From Diadema antillarum (Eukaryota), in assembly GCF_040938485.1 (NCBI RefSeq), contig NW_027270890.1, forward strand, positions 3,844,001 through 3,908,000: a DNA stretch of 64,000 bases. The letters run 5' to 3'. The notes below the pieces were generated by a model. The model did no database searches. It saw only the letters and a list, made by a program, of their open reading frames with translations, and was not told where the DNA came from. The translations under genes were made by a program, and so were the position numbers. Shown here piece after piece: positions 25,239 to 38,167 of this stretch (position 1 is its first letter; the number at the start of each line of letters is the position of its first letter).

Positions 25239-26123
25239 ATGGCTCGTGCGAATGACAGTTCTCAGTGGTCGTTTGATTCTGTCAGTGATGACTACAATCT
25301 GAATGAAACGGCTCAACCTTTACTGACTTTGAAAATAGCCGATCTCTCAGGCTTCTTAGTGTCTACGATCACGGTTTCGTTGATTATCGTGTCAAATGTG
25401 ATAAGTCTCATAGCGTTTGTCGTAGAGAAGCATCTTCGGACATACAACAATTACTTCATCATCAGTCTGTCTGTAGCAGACTTGTGTACAGGTTTGGTGC
25501 TAATCGTAGACGCCATGACAAGCACTGTAGGTTTCTTTCCTTTCTCACAGACCTTCTGCAATTTCCACATCGGTCTCCGTTCCGCAATGGCCACAGCTTC
25601 AAACTTCATCCTAATTGCCATCTGCATAGATCGTCACCAGGCGGTCTATTTTCCTATCAAACACTTCATGGCACGGAGCACGAGAAGGGCGATGCTCGCT
25701 GTGTCCCTTGCCTGGGGTCTTTCCCTTGGCTTCTGGCTGAGTTTTGGTACAATTTGGAGGTTCCTTGATGATAGAGGCGGACGAATCTCAATGTTCTGTT
25801 TACCACGTCACTTCCAATACCCAGCCACCGCCATTCTCGCTAATGTTATCAGAGTCTTGCTCCCACTGGGCCTTTTGAGCGTCTTATACTTCCGAATTCT
25901 CTCTCGAATTCGGAAGACAATCGGAGGGAAATCGGTACGAGAACAATTTGCTGATAATGTTTCCTCCGTAAACATGACTGAAATGACGTCAGTAAACGCT
26001 GATGAATCAACAGGGCATACTTTGTCTGAAAAACTTTCGCAAGAGAATCTAGGAAACCACCGAGAGCAAGAGACAAAGTATATAAAGAAGTCTAGCTCAC
26101 CAAGTGATAACCAGAAACAACAG
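25239..26123 (+). CDS. Class A (rhodopsin-like) GPCR, muscarinic/histamine-H3-like orphan, exon 1 (TM1-TM5 and start of ICL3)
   Basis: N-terminal N-glycosylation sequons, SNVISL, LRTYNNYFIISLSVADL, C3.25, DRH in place of DRY, TM4 W and TM5 P. The donor CAG|GTATGT follows 26123 (phase 0, 295 codons). Confidence 0.92.
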
Positions 26124-27728
26124 GTATGTGGTTTGCAATTATTTTCTTCCCTTTGTGACACGCTTTGATATTCGATTTGACTCTCATCGAAAAAAGAAAA
26201 CAGAAAAGAAAGTATATTCCATATGTATTACTTGATGGTATCTTTGGTGTATGAAACATTTCAGCTAAGTGCTGTAAATAGTAAAATGATGCTTTCACTA
26301 ACAAAGCAACTGTTTTTCTTTTATCTTAGACAAATATGCTTTAGCAGGACTATATTCCATAATTCATGTAATCAGAATGTAATTACACGATAAATAAGTC
26401 GCATTTACTTAAATCCTATTCTGTTCGATTTTTACACCAACAATCTTTGAATTTGGAGAAAATGGTCGTAATATCTTGCATAGTCCTTATTGCACATCAA
26501 AAGTCTTCAAAGACAGCATAAAAAAAAAGAGTTCATCGCCGCAAGATAGTCAAGCCACAAGTTAAGAACACGCAAAAACAGATGGTTTCCTTTTCTCAGC
26601 TATGCCTTTTTACTTTCTTTTTCTTTTGATAAAAACTGTAATAACACTTTCAGAGCAAATATTCCATTGTTTATGTTGAATTCGGTTGCAAATCTTAGAA
26701 AAAGTGCTATTCCATGTAATCACATCGTACCATTGATCGAATCTACAATGATGATAAAGTGAGAAAATGTGTAGCACTCACTTGGGCTCAGAATCCTTTA
26801 AATGATAAAATAAAGGTTTGTCCTTCCAACAGAATGTCATAATTCCCAAGTTTTTGCCTGAAAGTCGAGATTTTATATGTAATAAATTTTGTTAAAATTG
26901 ATTTGCACTTCATTCATTTACTTGTTCATTCTCTTTTGTCAACTACACAATTCTGTAACTTCTACTTTTTTTTAATGTCGCATCTAACTTCTTTCTTGGG
27001 AAATTCTATATGCAGAAATGCTGCCAGTAATGGTCGGAATACCGCAATATAAAGCCTATTCTGATATCGGGCCATACACCAGTCCTGAAGAATATAGGCC
27101 TAATGATGATGGCAGTAACCCAATACGTTGTATATCGTGTTGGGACAAAGCACCCTCCCAGCATTGCTTTTTTTGGTATTCTTCCCGATTTTCAGCCTTT
27201 CTGTATACTCTCTTTATCCTACAAACTTATACATTTCTGTTATTACACGTCGTGATGTAATTCATGCAAACAATGTCTGTAATATATTCATTTTTTTTTT
27301 TCCGGGAGATGGAAAACTGAATGAATGAAGGCATGAATATCATAAAGAAATCTCTACGCGCATCGAGGGGGCAGGCAGAAAAATGATGGATATGAAAGAG
27401 AAGAGGAAGCGGATTAGGCTGAAAAAACATTTGAAAACCGACAAAATTTTGGCAAAGAACGTAAAGTCTAATTCATTGACAGGTTAAAGAAATACATTTT
27501 CAAATCATTTAAAAATTCTTCTATTTTATCAGCTCTCATGAGATTCGTCAGCAAGACTGTGTACCGAAAATGTTCTTAATATTTTGGGCTGCTTAAACGA
27601 AATTCTGTCTGAGAGCGAACGTTTCTTGCCGGACGATATTTTGATATCAGATATTGTAGATATGCAGGCTTAGATCTTGTAAGCCCATGGAACTCGCAGC
27701 TTGGCCGGCAGCCGATCCAATTAATTTA

Positions 27729-30347
27729 GGGTGCGATTTCACGGAGCAGTCGAACAATTTGCGAAGAACGCGAATGGAAAAATCCAACACTCGGAAAAGT
27801 TATTCACCGAATGTGTTCCGACGATGAAGCTGAAAACCATTCTTGCGCAATTTGTGCGAAGTTCTCACGACGTATGGGCGAATGTCGTGTGTCCTGCTCA
27901 AGTACAGCATGTCATGTACACGAAGAACACGCGACGGAAATGCGAACAACGCAAAATTTTCAATAATCATGTTAGAAAAAGTATTCGAGGAGAGGTGAAA
28001 GCTGTCTTGAGTTGAAATGTTTTTTTTTTCTTTCCTGTATTTCTCCTTTCTTTTTCTCTCATTTCTCTATCGTGTGCGTGCCTACAGTTTTTTCTTAGGA
28101 TCTATCTCCACTAGTAAAGCATTTGATTTTTTTTTTTGCAGTTTATACAACACTGCAATAATCTCTAGTTTCAAATGTAATTTTGGCATACTTCAGATTC
28201 ATTTTAAGTGTATTCTACGATTTTTGTATATCAAATATATCTTTCTCTTTTCAAGTCTTGAATTCTTTTTTTTTTTACTATATGGTAGTTGATAGTTGTT
28301 TGATGTTTAGATGTATGCTACGATTTTGATTTGTAGAAAACGTAGGTCATACATCCCCCAAACATGCGCTAAACGTTCGTGAGAATGTCTCAAAAGGTAT
28401 GGGAACAGTTTGCGGTTACGTCGTAAAATGATCGGAAAAACTTCGCAGATTTCGCGAAGCATACACGAGACATTCTCCAAAGTTTCGGGGTCTGTTTGGA
28501 GATTCACGAACATTTTGCGAACATCGCGCGTGTTTTTCGAAGGTCTTGCGCATAAGACGAAAAATTAAAGACACTTTCGAGAACAAATCACGAGCAAATC
28601 ACGTCCAAGTGTGCGGAAAAAGTTCGCAAAAAATTTTCAAACTTTTTTTGAAATTCTCGCCGAAGTAAAAACGACATTCGCGAGCAATTGACGACGCTTC
28701 CGAACCCTCATGTTCGTTTGGCGATCTTTTGCAGACTAAAATACGATTGCTGGATTTTGTCATTCGCGTCCTTCGCAAATCGTTCGCGTGCTCCGTGAAA
28801 TCCCACCCTCGGAAAAGTTTTTCTCCGAATGTGTTCCGACAATAAAGCTGAAAACTATTCTTGTGCAATTTGTGCGAAGTTTCCACGACGTATGTGCGAA
28901 TTGCTAAAGTACAGCATGTTACGTACACGAAGAACACGCGTCGGAAATGCGAACAACGAAAAATTTTCAATAATCATGGGAGAAAATGTACCCAAGGAGA
29001 GGTGGAAGCTGTCTTCAGTTGAATTTTTTTCTTTCCTCTATTTCTCCTTTCTTTTTCTCTCATTTCTCTATCGTGTTCTTGCCTATTTTTTTCCTAGGAC
29101 CTATCTCCTCTAGTAAAGCATTTGATTTTTTTTTTGCAGTTCCTCCAACACATAATCTCTATAGCTCAAATGAAATTTTACATACTTTAGATTAATTGTA
29201 AGTGTATTCTGCAATTTGTTTGTTTTTTTCATATCAAACATTTCTTTTTCTTGCTAGTCTTTAATTTCTTTTGTTACTATAGTTGTTAATAATTGTTTGG
29301 TGTTAAGATGTACGCTACGATTTTGATTTGTAGAAAACGTATAGGTCATACATCCCCCAAACGTGCGCTAAACGTTCGCGAGAATGTCTCAAAAGGTACG
29401 CAAACAGTTTGCGATTACGTCGTAAAATGATCGGAAAAACTTCGCAGATTTCGCGTAACATACGCGAGACATTCTCCAAAGTTTCGGAGTCTGTTTGGGG
29501 TTTAACGAACATTTTGCGAACATCGCGCGTGTCTTGCGCATATGACGAGGCTTTAAAGACACTTTCGAGAACAATTCACGAGAAAATCAAAACCAAAGGG
29601 CTTTTTACACTTGTAAATTTTTGCTTAGCCCCGGACCAACGTTGGGGCTAAGGGGGGGGGGGGGGGGCCTTAGCCCCACCGTTGGTACGGGACTATCCTT
29701 AGCCCACTTTCTGTTTACACTCGTTTTTGCCAAAGTGGGCTAGCCCCACCGATAGTACGGTACTATCTGGCCCTGCAAAATAGCAGGGGTTAGCACCGCA
29801 ATTGCGGTGCTAACCCCTGCTATTGCGGTGCCAAGCAAGTGAGTGTAAACAGAACGAAAAAATAATCCTGGGCTAAGCGACGGAGACGAAGTCCGACCCT
29901 CACTGACCAATCAGAAACGAGGTAATCAAGTGCTGCCGGTGCGTGCGTGTACGTGTCAGTACACAGCGTAATTATGAATATTCATGTGGTTTGGAAAGTC
30001 CGGGGCTAAGAAATACGAGTGTAAAAAGGTCAGTTTTCTCCTTAGCCCCGGACAAGAGATAGTACGGGACTAATTGGCGAGTGTAAAAAGCTGAAAAAAT
30101 TGGTACGGGACTAACGATAGTCCTGGGTCAGAGAAAGTCCGGGTTAAGAAACACAAGTGTAAAAAGGTTTTTTTTTTTTTTTTAATTCTCGCCGAAGTAA
30201 AAACGACATTCGCGAACAATTGACGACGCTTCCGAACCCTCATGTTCGTTTGGCGATCTTTTGCAGACTAAAATACGATTGCTGGATTTTGCCATTCGCG
30301 TCCTTCACAAAATGTTAATCGTTCGTGTGCTCCGTGAAATCACACCC
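27729..30347. mobile_element. PIF/Harbinger-like non-autonomous element, internally duplicated (dimeric), in the GPCR intron
   Basis: The left TIR of about 60 bp (GGGTGCGATTTCACGGAGCA..., 27729) has right-TIR copies ending at 28808 and 30347. TTA flanks both outer ends (27726-27728 and 30348-30350). The roughly 1-kb body is present twice. Confidence 0.85.
29598..30167. mobile_element. About 570-bp MITE nested in the second body copy
   Basis: CTTTTTACACTTGT forms a 14-bp terminal inverted repeat. Internal TAGTACGGGACTA/AGCCCC repeats. The element is absent from the first body copy. Confidence 0.75.
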
Positions 30348-31529
30348 TTAAATGAATCCCACGAGATTTGGAGCAATCATCCCCCAGTATTCCCACTGAT
30401 TCCCACTGATCAGTTACTAGCCATCCCCTTTAACAACAAAAATCTGACATTTATTTTAGCATCTTACGGAGCCCATTGTTACCACCGTCCATTTCCAAAA
30501 GTAAAGGAAAACATCCATCCCGGGCCACCAAAATCTTCATTTCTGAAATCTTGGTAGCCCGACGTGTGTTTTTGGTGGCCCCGGGCCACCGGGCCACCGT
30601 CAGTGTCGAGCCCTGTTATATATAAACCCCATGCTTTATAAATTCACGCTAGGAATTTCTTAATTTAAGCCATACCCCTAACAGAGTATCTTCCAGTTAG
30701 AGATTGGTAACGTACATACGATGTATACGTATACAGAGGTTATTAGGTTTCTGTTCATGTAAAGCGGAAGTAGCATTCAAAATACAACACTTCTAATATA
30801 TTGTGTATTGTCTGTCATTGTTGGAGACAGATTTCATTAGATAAATGACAGTTTTTGTCTCATTTCTGTGAAGTTGAAACAGTTTAAAAAAACAAAATCC
30901 ACTGTCTGAGTTTTAAGCTTAAAGAGATTATCCAGTCCGCCAGAATATTGGCCAACACCAACGAAAAAAAAAAATGTCTACCCTCGTCCACTTCTGGAAT
31001 GAAATACACAAGGCGCGGTCCATAGATGGGGTGATGATATTTTACAAAATGTCATACGTTTAGTTAGAATTACCTTTAGGCTCACTAAGTACCAAATAAC
31101 ATTGGTGAGAAAAAAGGAAAACAAAAGAAAGAGAGAAAAAAAGAAAGAAAGAAAAAAAAAGAAGTTACTGAGGCACAAACAACTATATCAGAGTGTTAAA
31201 GGAAATTACTCGCTACATGTTTCACTAACACCTGTCTTCACTTTTATCAAGCCTTTATCCACTAATAAAAACAATTCTAAGATGGAGAATTAATGTGTAA
31301 ATTGCAGGCAGCTTCACGAATAAGTCGTGTACCCGAAAAAAAAGTGTTATTTGCCTGTACAAGAAGTGAAGTTTCTCAAACTTTAATGGAGACAATGTGA
31401 CGTCAGATATAAGAAAAAAAAAGGAAACACTAAATATTATTGCCAATACCTGTTCATGATACCTTTACGGAAGGCACGACAGCCTAGATTTATTCGACAT
31501 CTCTATAATCTCTTCTCTTTGATTTGCAG

Positions 31530-31826
31530 GATAAAGAAGCAACCAGAGAGTCCGTGGCTGACATGCGCAAAGCAACTCGAACCTTGACCTTCATCATCGT
31601 ATCTTTTGTTGTGGCATGGCTGCCGATCAGTCTCATGGAGCTCCTCTACTCGATCGACCCAAGTCTCCTGGATCTAGTCTCCCTGCCAAGACTAGCCTTC
31701 TTCTTAATCACCTTCTTGGGCTACTCCAACGCTTTTCTCAACCCGGTGGCATACCTAGCCTCGCAACCTCTTTTTCGCAAGACGGTTTGGAAAATTTTCT
31801 CCTGCAAGAAGTTAGGCTTGCATTAA
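31530..31826 (+). CDS. Same GPCR, exon 2 (TM6, TM7, helix 8, stop)
   Basis: Acceptor ctctttgatttgcag| in phase 0, then KATRTLTFIIVSFVVAWLP (TM6), GYSNAFLNPVAY (NPxxY) and FRKTVWKIFSC. The joined protein is 393 aa. Confidence 0.92.
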   Translation, partial: DKEATRESVADMRKATRTLTFIIVSFVVAWLPISLMELLYSIDPSLLDLVSLPRLAFFLITFLGYSNAFLNPVAYLASQPLFRKTVWKIFSCKKLGLH

Positions 31827-31986
31827 AGGAGATTTCAAATTTTGATTAGTAAATGTTACACTCTTATCATTATCTCTGAATTTTGGAAGTAAACGTTTCG
31901 GCATGAGAAATCGTCTTCATATGTCATTTTTACGAAATGCAACGAAAACAAATCGAAAAGTTGTAAAACAGAATACTGACAAAATA

Positions 31987-33078
31987 TGTGTGACCCTGCA
32001 CTTCAAAACAAACAAAAAGTCGCCAGACATGAATTTTTAGTTAAGACCATATTCTGAAAGAGCAGACTTTAAGATTTAAAATGATGTATAACTCAAATCA
32101 AATGGACTCTCCTAATCTATCTAAATATTGGGCAGAAAGCACAAACTCAGGAAAAGTGTGAACTGAGAAAAGAGGCTCTGAAGTACAGTGTCTATTCAAG
32201 CGCTTAAAGGGATCGTACAGTTTTGGTGGAGATGAGAATTGGGTTTTTAACTTTTTGCAAGATACCAAGAAAACACTTATGATATAGTACAGAACATACC
32301 ATTTTAAGAGGAATTCAAAGTTTATTTGACGAAAATCGGGTTTGGAATGACTGAAACATCAAAACACAAAGTAAAACAAAGCGATCGTAATAAAGTGTGG
32401 GTCCCACACTTTATTAGAGTCGCTCTTTTTTGATATCTCAGCCATTTCAAAACCAATTTTCATCAAATAAACATTGAATTCCTCATAGAATTACATGCTC
32501 TTTCACATTTTATAAGAGGTTTCTCATTATCTCACCAAAAAATTTTAGAAACCTGAAATTAGGTCTCAACCATAACTGTACAATCCCTTCAATCTTTACC
32601 AAACCGTGGTGGCTGTGCGATGAATGGGACAAAAAACAGGAAGTAAACCACTAGATTAACAACAATGAAGGGATTATCAGATTAAACTGAAATTAAGCAT
32701 GCCTCATTATTTAAACACATTCTGTCCATGATTAATGCCGACTTTCAAAGCAGTAGCCCTATCCTTTCAAAAGTTATTAGAGTTGAAAGTGAAGAGTGTG
32801 GACAAGGTTTTTCAGAAATGAAAAAGGGATTCTAAAGACACACCTAATCACACTATTCTACCAAAAATGTTCGAGATAAACTGCTAAAAAAAACACACAC
32901 ACACACTTTCCTGCCCGTTTTATGATACCAAATTTTAGCATAATGTAAAAGAAGACCCGTTCTTTCAGAAAATATGAAAAAGTCAAGTTCGGCTAGGTTG
33001 ACCCATTTCACTTATGTTCAGTCCTCACGCAAAATCAGTGTGTGCGACTTTATGTTCCTTTTGAGGTGCACGGTCACA
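31987..33078. mobile_element. TA-flanked TGTGACC-terminus MITE, copy 1
   Basis: Termini TGTGTGACCCTGCAC and GTGCACGGTCACA-TA. Homologous over its length, in inverted orientation, to 61367-63348. Confidence 0.8.
32208..32588. mobile_element. Kolobok-like MITE (TTAA target) nested in MITE copy 1
   Basis: TTAA|AGGGATCGTACAG...CTGTACAATCCCT|TCAA. Copy 2 has the empty site (TTAA at about 61806). A central 14-bp palindrome lies at 32388-32416. Confidence 0.75.
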
Positions 33079-34026
33079 TATATAATCATTTTTCGATCGT
33101 TTGTCTTGTATCACTCTCAAGAAAAGAACGTCAATCGTTGTATTCGAAAGTCTTTGGAAATAATACCGACAGAAAAATTAAAAAAGATAAAAACTTACAC
33201 CCCTCCCATACTCAAAATAATGAATTCCACGTTGTGATGATACATCATGATTATGGTACCTCGTTTAACACATATATTTGGAAGTATTGGCTCAGAATTA
33301 GCCGACAAAATTCAAAGCACACAAAACGTGCTTTTTAAAAAATGCTCTCCCACTAATCAGATAATCATTTGAACGTTGAAGATTAGAATGAAATGATATC
33401 ATATACTGTGAATAAGTAATTGTAGTAAATTATTTCGTTGTAATTCATCAAACAGGCACTTTACTTTTGGAAGTAAATCAAACATTTTACTTTAACACGC
33501 TTAATAGCCTATACGTGTATTCATTTCATCTTTTTCATCAGCTCCATATGCCTCATTCATCTAAAGTAAAGTTAATCCCGTAAAATGATAGTTCACTTGA
33601 AATAAGTAACTCTCATGCAGTATCTGTACCTTGTAACACAAATAAAATAATTGAAGAAATTGTGTCTACTTAATTCCCTTTAATCGGGAAGATATTGCGG
33701 ATCAAAGAAGCAATAAGAAAGAGTAAATTTTGTAAGTATAACAAATAAATGTGCAAAATGGGATGAAGACTAAGATTTATGAAATCCTGAACTTTCGATA
33801 ATTTTCAAAAAACACTTATTGAACAGTTAAAACGTGAATGACCATAGTTAAAAAGAAAAAGAACTCATGAAATTTCTAGTGTTTTGTGCTTGTTTGTTTA
33901 TACACTTTTATGCCCGGTCTCAGTTCCTATTATATCTAATAGCAGAAAAACAGAATGTTTGTCAGTGTTTTCTGTTCATTTTTGTACAAGAAGCACCAAA
34001 CACATACATTCCATACACAAATCACG

Positions 34027-34029
<3 letters not shown>

Positions 34030-34062
<33 letters not shown>

Positions 34063-34080
34063 TGCACACATACATACACC
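34030..34080. repeat. (CA)n microsatellite
   Basis: Seen directly. Others lie at 44421-44447, (TA)n 19889-19912 and 54250-54288, (GTTT)n 38925-38955 and (TG)n 56636-56669. Confidence 0.9.
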
Positions 34081-37000
34081 CAAACGAAAATGGATATCAT
34101 CAAAATCAAGCAATGCCTTAAAATAAAGTGCACTCTTTTGTCTACATCTTGTGATATAACTACATGTATTATGGATAGTCAAGTCTAAAGCGTAACTGTA
34201 TAATGAGGTACTTAGTGACAATCGTCTTTTTTTTTTTAAGATAAATAAATGTATGATTCTTTATTTGGAAAATTCAGAAATCAAATCAAACTATTAAAGG
34301 AGCACTCCCGAGAGAGCACACCTCCGCTGAGTAAGATATCGCCATTGGTAGGCAATATCTTCATTTCAACCATAAGTGTACAGGAACATCTTCACAGTAC
34401 ATTTGATGAAAATCTGATCATCCATTGTTGAGTGATTATGAGATTGAGCTTATGCTATATCCTTTATGGCCCCTTTGACCTTTGACCTCAAGACCCCAAA
34501 TCTAATTACTTCTTTCTGACTTCATTATTAACACAGAGTGCAAATCTTTGGAAATTCTGACCATCAGTTCTTGAGCTTTTGGAAGATTACTATAGCCCGT
34601 GTTATGTGCTCTATGAACCCCTATACCTTCGACCTCTTGACTCTACATTAAAGTCGCTTTTTTTTCCCCCCGATAATCCCATAATCCGATGTGGTGTTCT
34701 GAATTCTGAACTAAGCACGAAGTAGATAAGCTTATTTTTTGTACTTTATGACACAAGCTTTTATCATTGAGCTTGGACCTCATCACCTCATCAAATTAAT
34801 CGTTTCTTCTCTTATGATAAAAACACCCTCCACATTTTGTGAAAATTCGTTCATCCGTTCTGGAGTTACCTTGAACACAAACGGAAAAAATGGTCAGACA
34901 GACGGACAAACATAAAAAAGAAAACATACAAAAGAACATAAAGGAAAACCACCAACAGGTGGAGAAAACTAGCAGAAAAGTAAACATTTCTTGGCTATTG
35001 TTGTCTTTAGAATTTAGCTTTTGGGGGGGTTTGTTTTGGGTTAGTTTATTTTTTCCTTTATTTATTTTTTATTTTTTTATTTTTATTTTTTTGCTAATGG
35101 ATAACGTGTCTTTAGCGTGTTTAGTGTGTTCATCAATTCCGTCATGGAATTATATCATGATTCAGCAGACGGAGGGATTGTTGGGAGGAAAGACTCTGAG
35201 GGAATATTGTGTCTTTGATAACGTAAACTGAAAGATAAATAATGGACGAATGGTGTCATTATTTTCATGTACAGTGCAAAAATTTGCGCAGAGCACTCAA
35301 AACGCTAGTATATAGAGTCTGTTATTGTATGAAAGGTATTATGGTCCGTTTTCTCGTATGGCGTAAAATCAGTTGTCCTTAAACACGCAAAATAGCATGT
35401 TGTTAGAATCAACTCTGTCTCAAGGATATTAGCTGTATAGTGTCAATAATATCAAGCTTGATTTTAACTTACGTCAACACTCATGTTCAAACTTCACAAG
35501 ATACTTGTGCACTACATAGTTTGTGTTTACTTACTTGAAACCAAATCGTTAATACAGCAGGAACATATCTGTAAAATCGCAGATCGCTCATTTAGTAGCA
35601 AAATGAAATTTGCATTCAGTGGCAATGCTGTGATAAATGTTTAGTTCACGAACGTCACAATGATTACTAGTTCTCCCAAATGGCTTGGCAAGTCACAATG
35701 TTAAGTGCTATGTAACACGAGTGTGTCTTTGTGTGCGCGAACATCCATTATGACATTTACATCCATTTTGAAATACATCGGACCTATAACATACCGAAAT
35801 CATTCTGTTTCGCTGTACAATCGGGTATTGTTCTTTTTTTATATACTTCAATTATTAATATTTGATGACAGCAATGTAAAGTGTTAAATATCAAATTTTA
35901 ATTTCTATTTATATTAAGACAAGTATTAAACATGCATGAAAGGTAAAAGCACTTAAATTGCTAATATTCATTTGTGACAAAAATGTGACACTATTCTTTT
36001 ATTTTGTACAGCGATTCAGCTTATATAATTGTGTTGTTCGAATGTTAATGAATAAAGATTTTTTGGGGAAAAGTGTATGTGTGCGACTTTGGGTCTGAAA
36101 GGAAAACCCCACCACATATGAAGTGCATCTCATTTGATTTTGTCAATTCATTCTCTCATTTTAATACATATACTTTTGCTCTCTCGCAAGCAGTCATGCC
36201 TCTTGTCATGCTTGTAATATGATTTAAGCTTGACACATACACACATAATGATACTGAATGCTTTTGCCTGGAACAATAATTATGCTCTGTCATGTTTATG
36301 GTTGTTTAGAAAAAAAAAAGGAGAAGACAATATTCTGAAAATAAACGTTTTTGAATCACCCTGTAAAAAAAAAAAAACCGATATGTATGAAATCAAAGGT
36401 AACTTATCCAAGCAACCAAATGTCCCTTTAAATATTTTAACTTTTTTTTCAAACAACTTTATCACACTTTGTTATGTTTTACATAGGTTTAGAGTGATAT
36501 GTAGGAGTAAAAATGAGTGATCAGTGTTCTTTGGCGAAGCGAAAGTCTATGGCTCAAACTGTGCCTGATGGATACAATAATCTGGACGGGTAAAGTGTTC
36601 GTTTTTCGTTAATTTCGTTAATCGGAAAATGAAAAAAGTTCGCTATTCCGAAAGTTTGTCATTCTGAAACGCACAAATTTTCCATAGCGTACTATAGATA
36701 GTTCTTAATCCGAGAATTGAAAATGATCGTTGATCCGAATATTTGAATCATTTTACCGAATAGATAAGGTTCATCATTCCGAAAACGAAAAGAAGGTATG
36801 CACTAACAAAACTTCGGAATTACAAACTTTATATCCTTTTCGGATTAACAAACCTTCGGAATAACGAACTGTGACCCCATAGACATCATATCTTACGCAC
36901 AAGAGCATGTCCATCCGTAACCTACCTGTTCGAATGGTACCTGGCTGTGCAATGTTGATAGCATTTCACGGCCATCTGAAAATACGTAATTGGTAGTGAG

Positions 37001-37501
37001 CATATTACGTTAGGTACTAGTAGATGAATCCAGTAATCCCCCAACTCATACTGTAGGTGGTTAATCATGCTGTAAAACGATGTGCTATGGAAAATTAAAG
37101 ATGTTAACCAGAAAATAGGGCAAAGACGCCATTCTTTTACTCTACTAATACCGCAATAGATACGAATCAATGCCGAATTTCTCCCGGCTTCCGCGCGATT
37201 ATATATATTGGTAATTATAATAGTAGACAAAGAATTAAAAAAAAAATAGATTACATTTACCGTCCAAAGGCACAAAATTGATAACATCAAAGCTAGTAGG
37301 ATACATAGTGGTAAAATCATTAAACATATCCGTACAATTGGATAACACTCACAGTATCAGAAATGCCCAAAACATAATTGTGAATGCAGTTTGAAGATCC
37401 TGAAACCACACAAAAAATAGTGATATTGGATATCAATTGCCTTTCCCCCTGACTTACACATGACAACAAAGGAGGTAACAAGCTGCACTGCTTATATGTA
37501 T

Positions 37502-38167
37502 TGCACTTTATTCGTATTTCATTAAAAGAAGACATCACGTATACTGAAAAGACGAGCGTCAAAACAACATCACACATGTAACAGCGAGACATTAAAAGGA
37601 CTAACACATCATGCGGTCTCGAACTACTAACTCCTAGTCCAGTCTCGTAAAAGCAGAGCGTAAAGGGAATTCTTTTCTCCTCTCTTCTCCCCTCATAATT
37701 ACCAAAGCAGACGTTTATATACGATCTGGGATGTCGCGTGCCGTAAAGCTGGGCGATCCAGTTACCATGCGAACAATGGGTCATCCAGTTTCTCAAAGAA
37801 GGCAGAGGCGCGTGGATGTATAACTGGGTCATGACCTATATCTTTCTGAGATCAAGTCGGTCTGGTCTACATTCAAACTTGGTCAAAGGAGGGCAATTTT
37901 AGAATCAAGGCGGACCGATCTAGTGAGTATGCAACTGGACCAGCTATTTGGTATCGGGCCGAACTAGTTCTATGGATGGAGAATCAGATCAGGGATGCAT
38001 TATTAGATGAAACTGTAACAGTTCGACACATGATGGTGTCAGCATTTAACAATCACATCGAAGGGGTCAAACAGGGTTCGTGAATACACATCGCGAATAT
38101 AGGTGAATAGTGGTACACGTACAACATAATCGTATGCAGCATTATTCTTATTTCAAAAACCGTCACA
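37502..38167 (-). repeat. 3' LTR
   Basis: Minus strand TGTGACGG...AATAAAGTGCA, with a TATATAAA box near 37715 and a preceding polypurine tract. Confidence 0.9.

Noticed and set aside
37320-37832. ORFs inside the LTRs (also 43326-43655)
   Set aside because: They are repeated only because the LTR is repeated, and have no recognisable domain.
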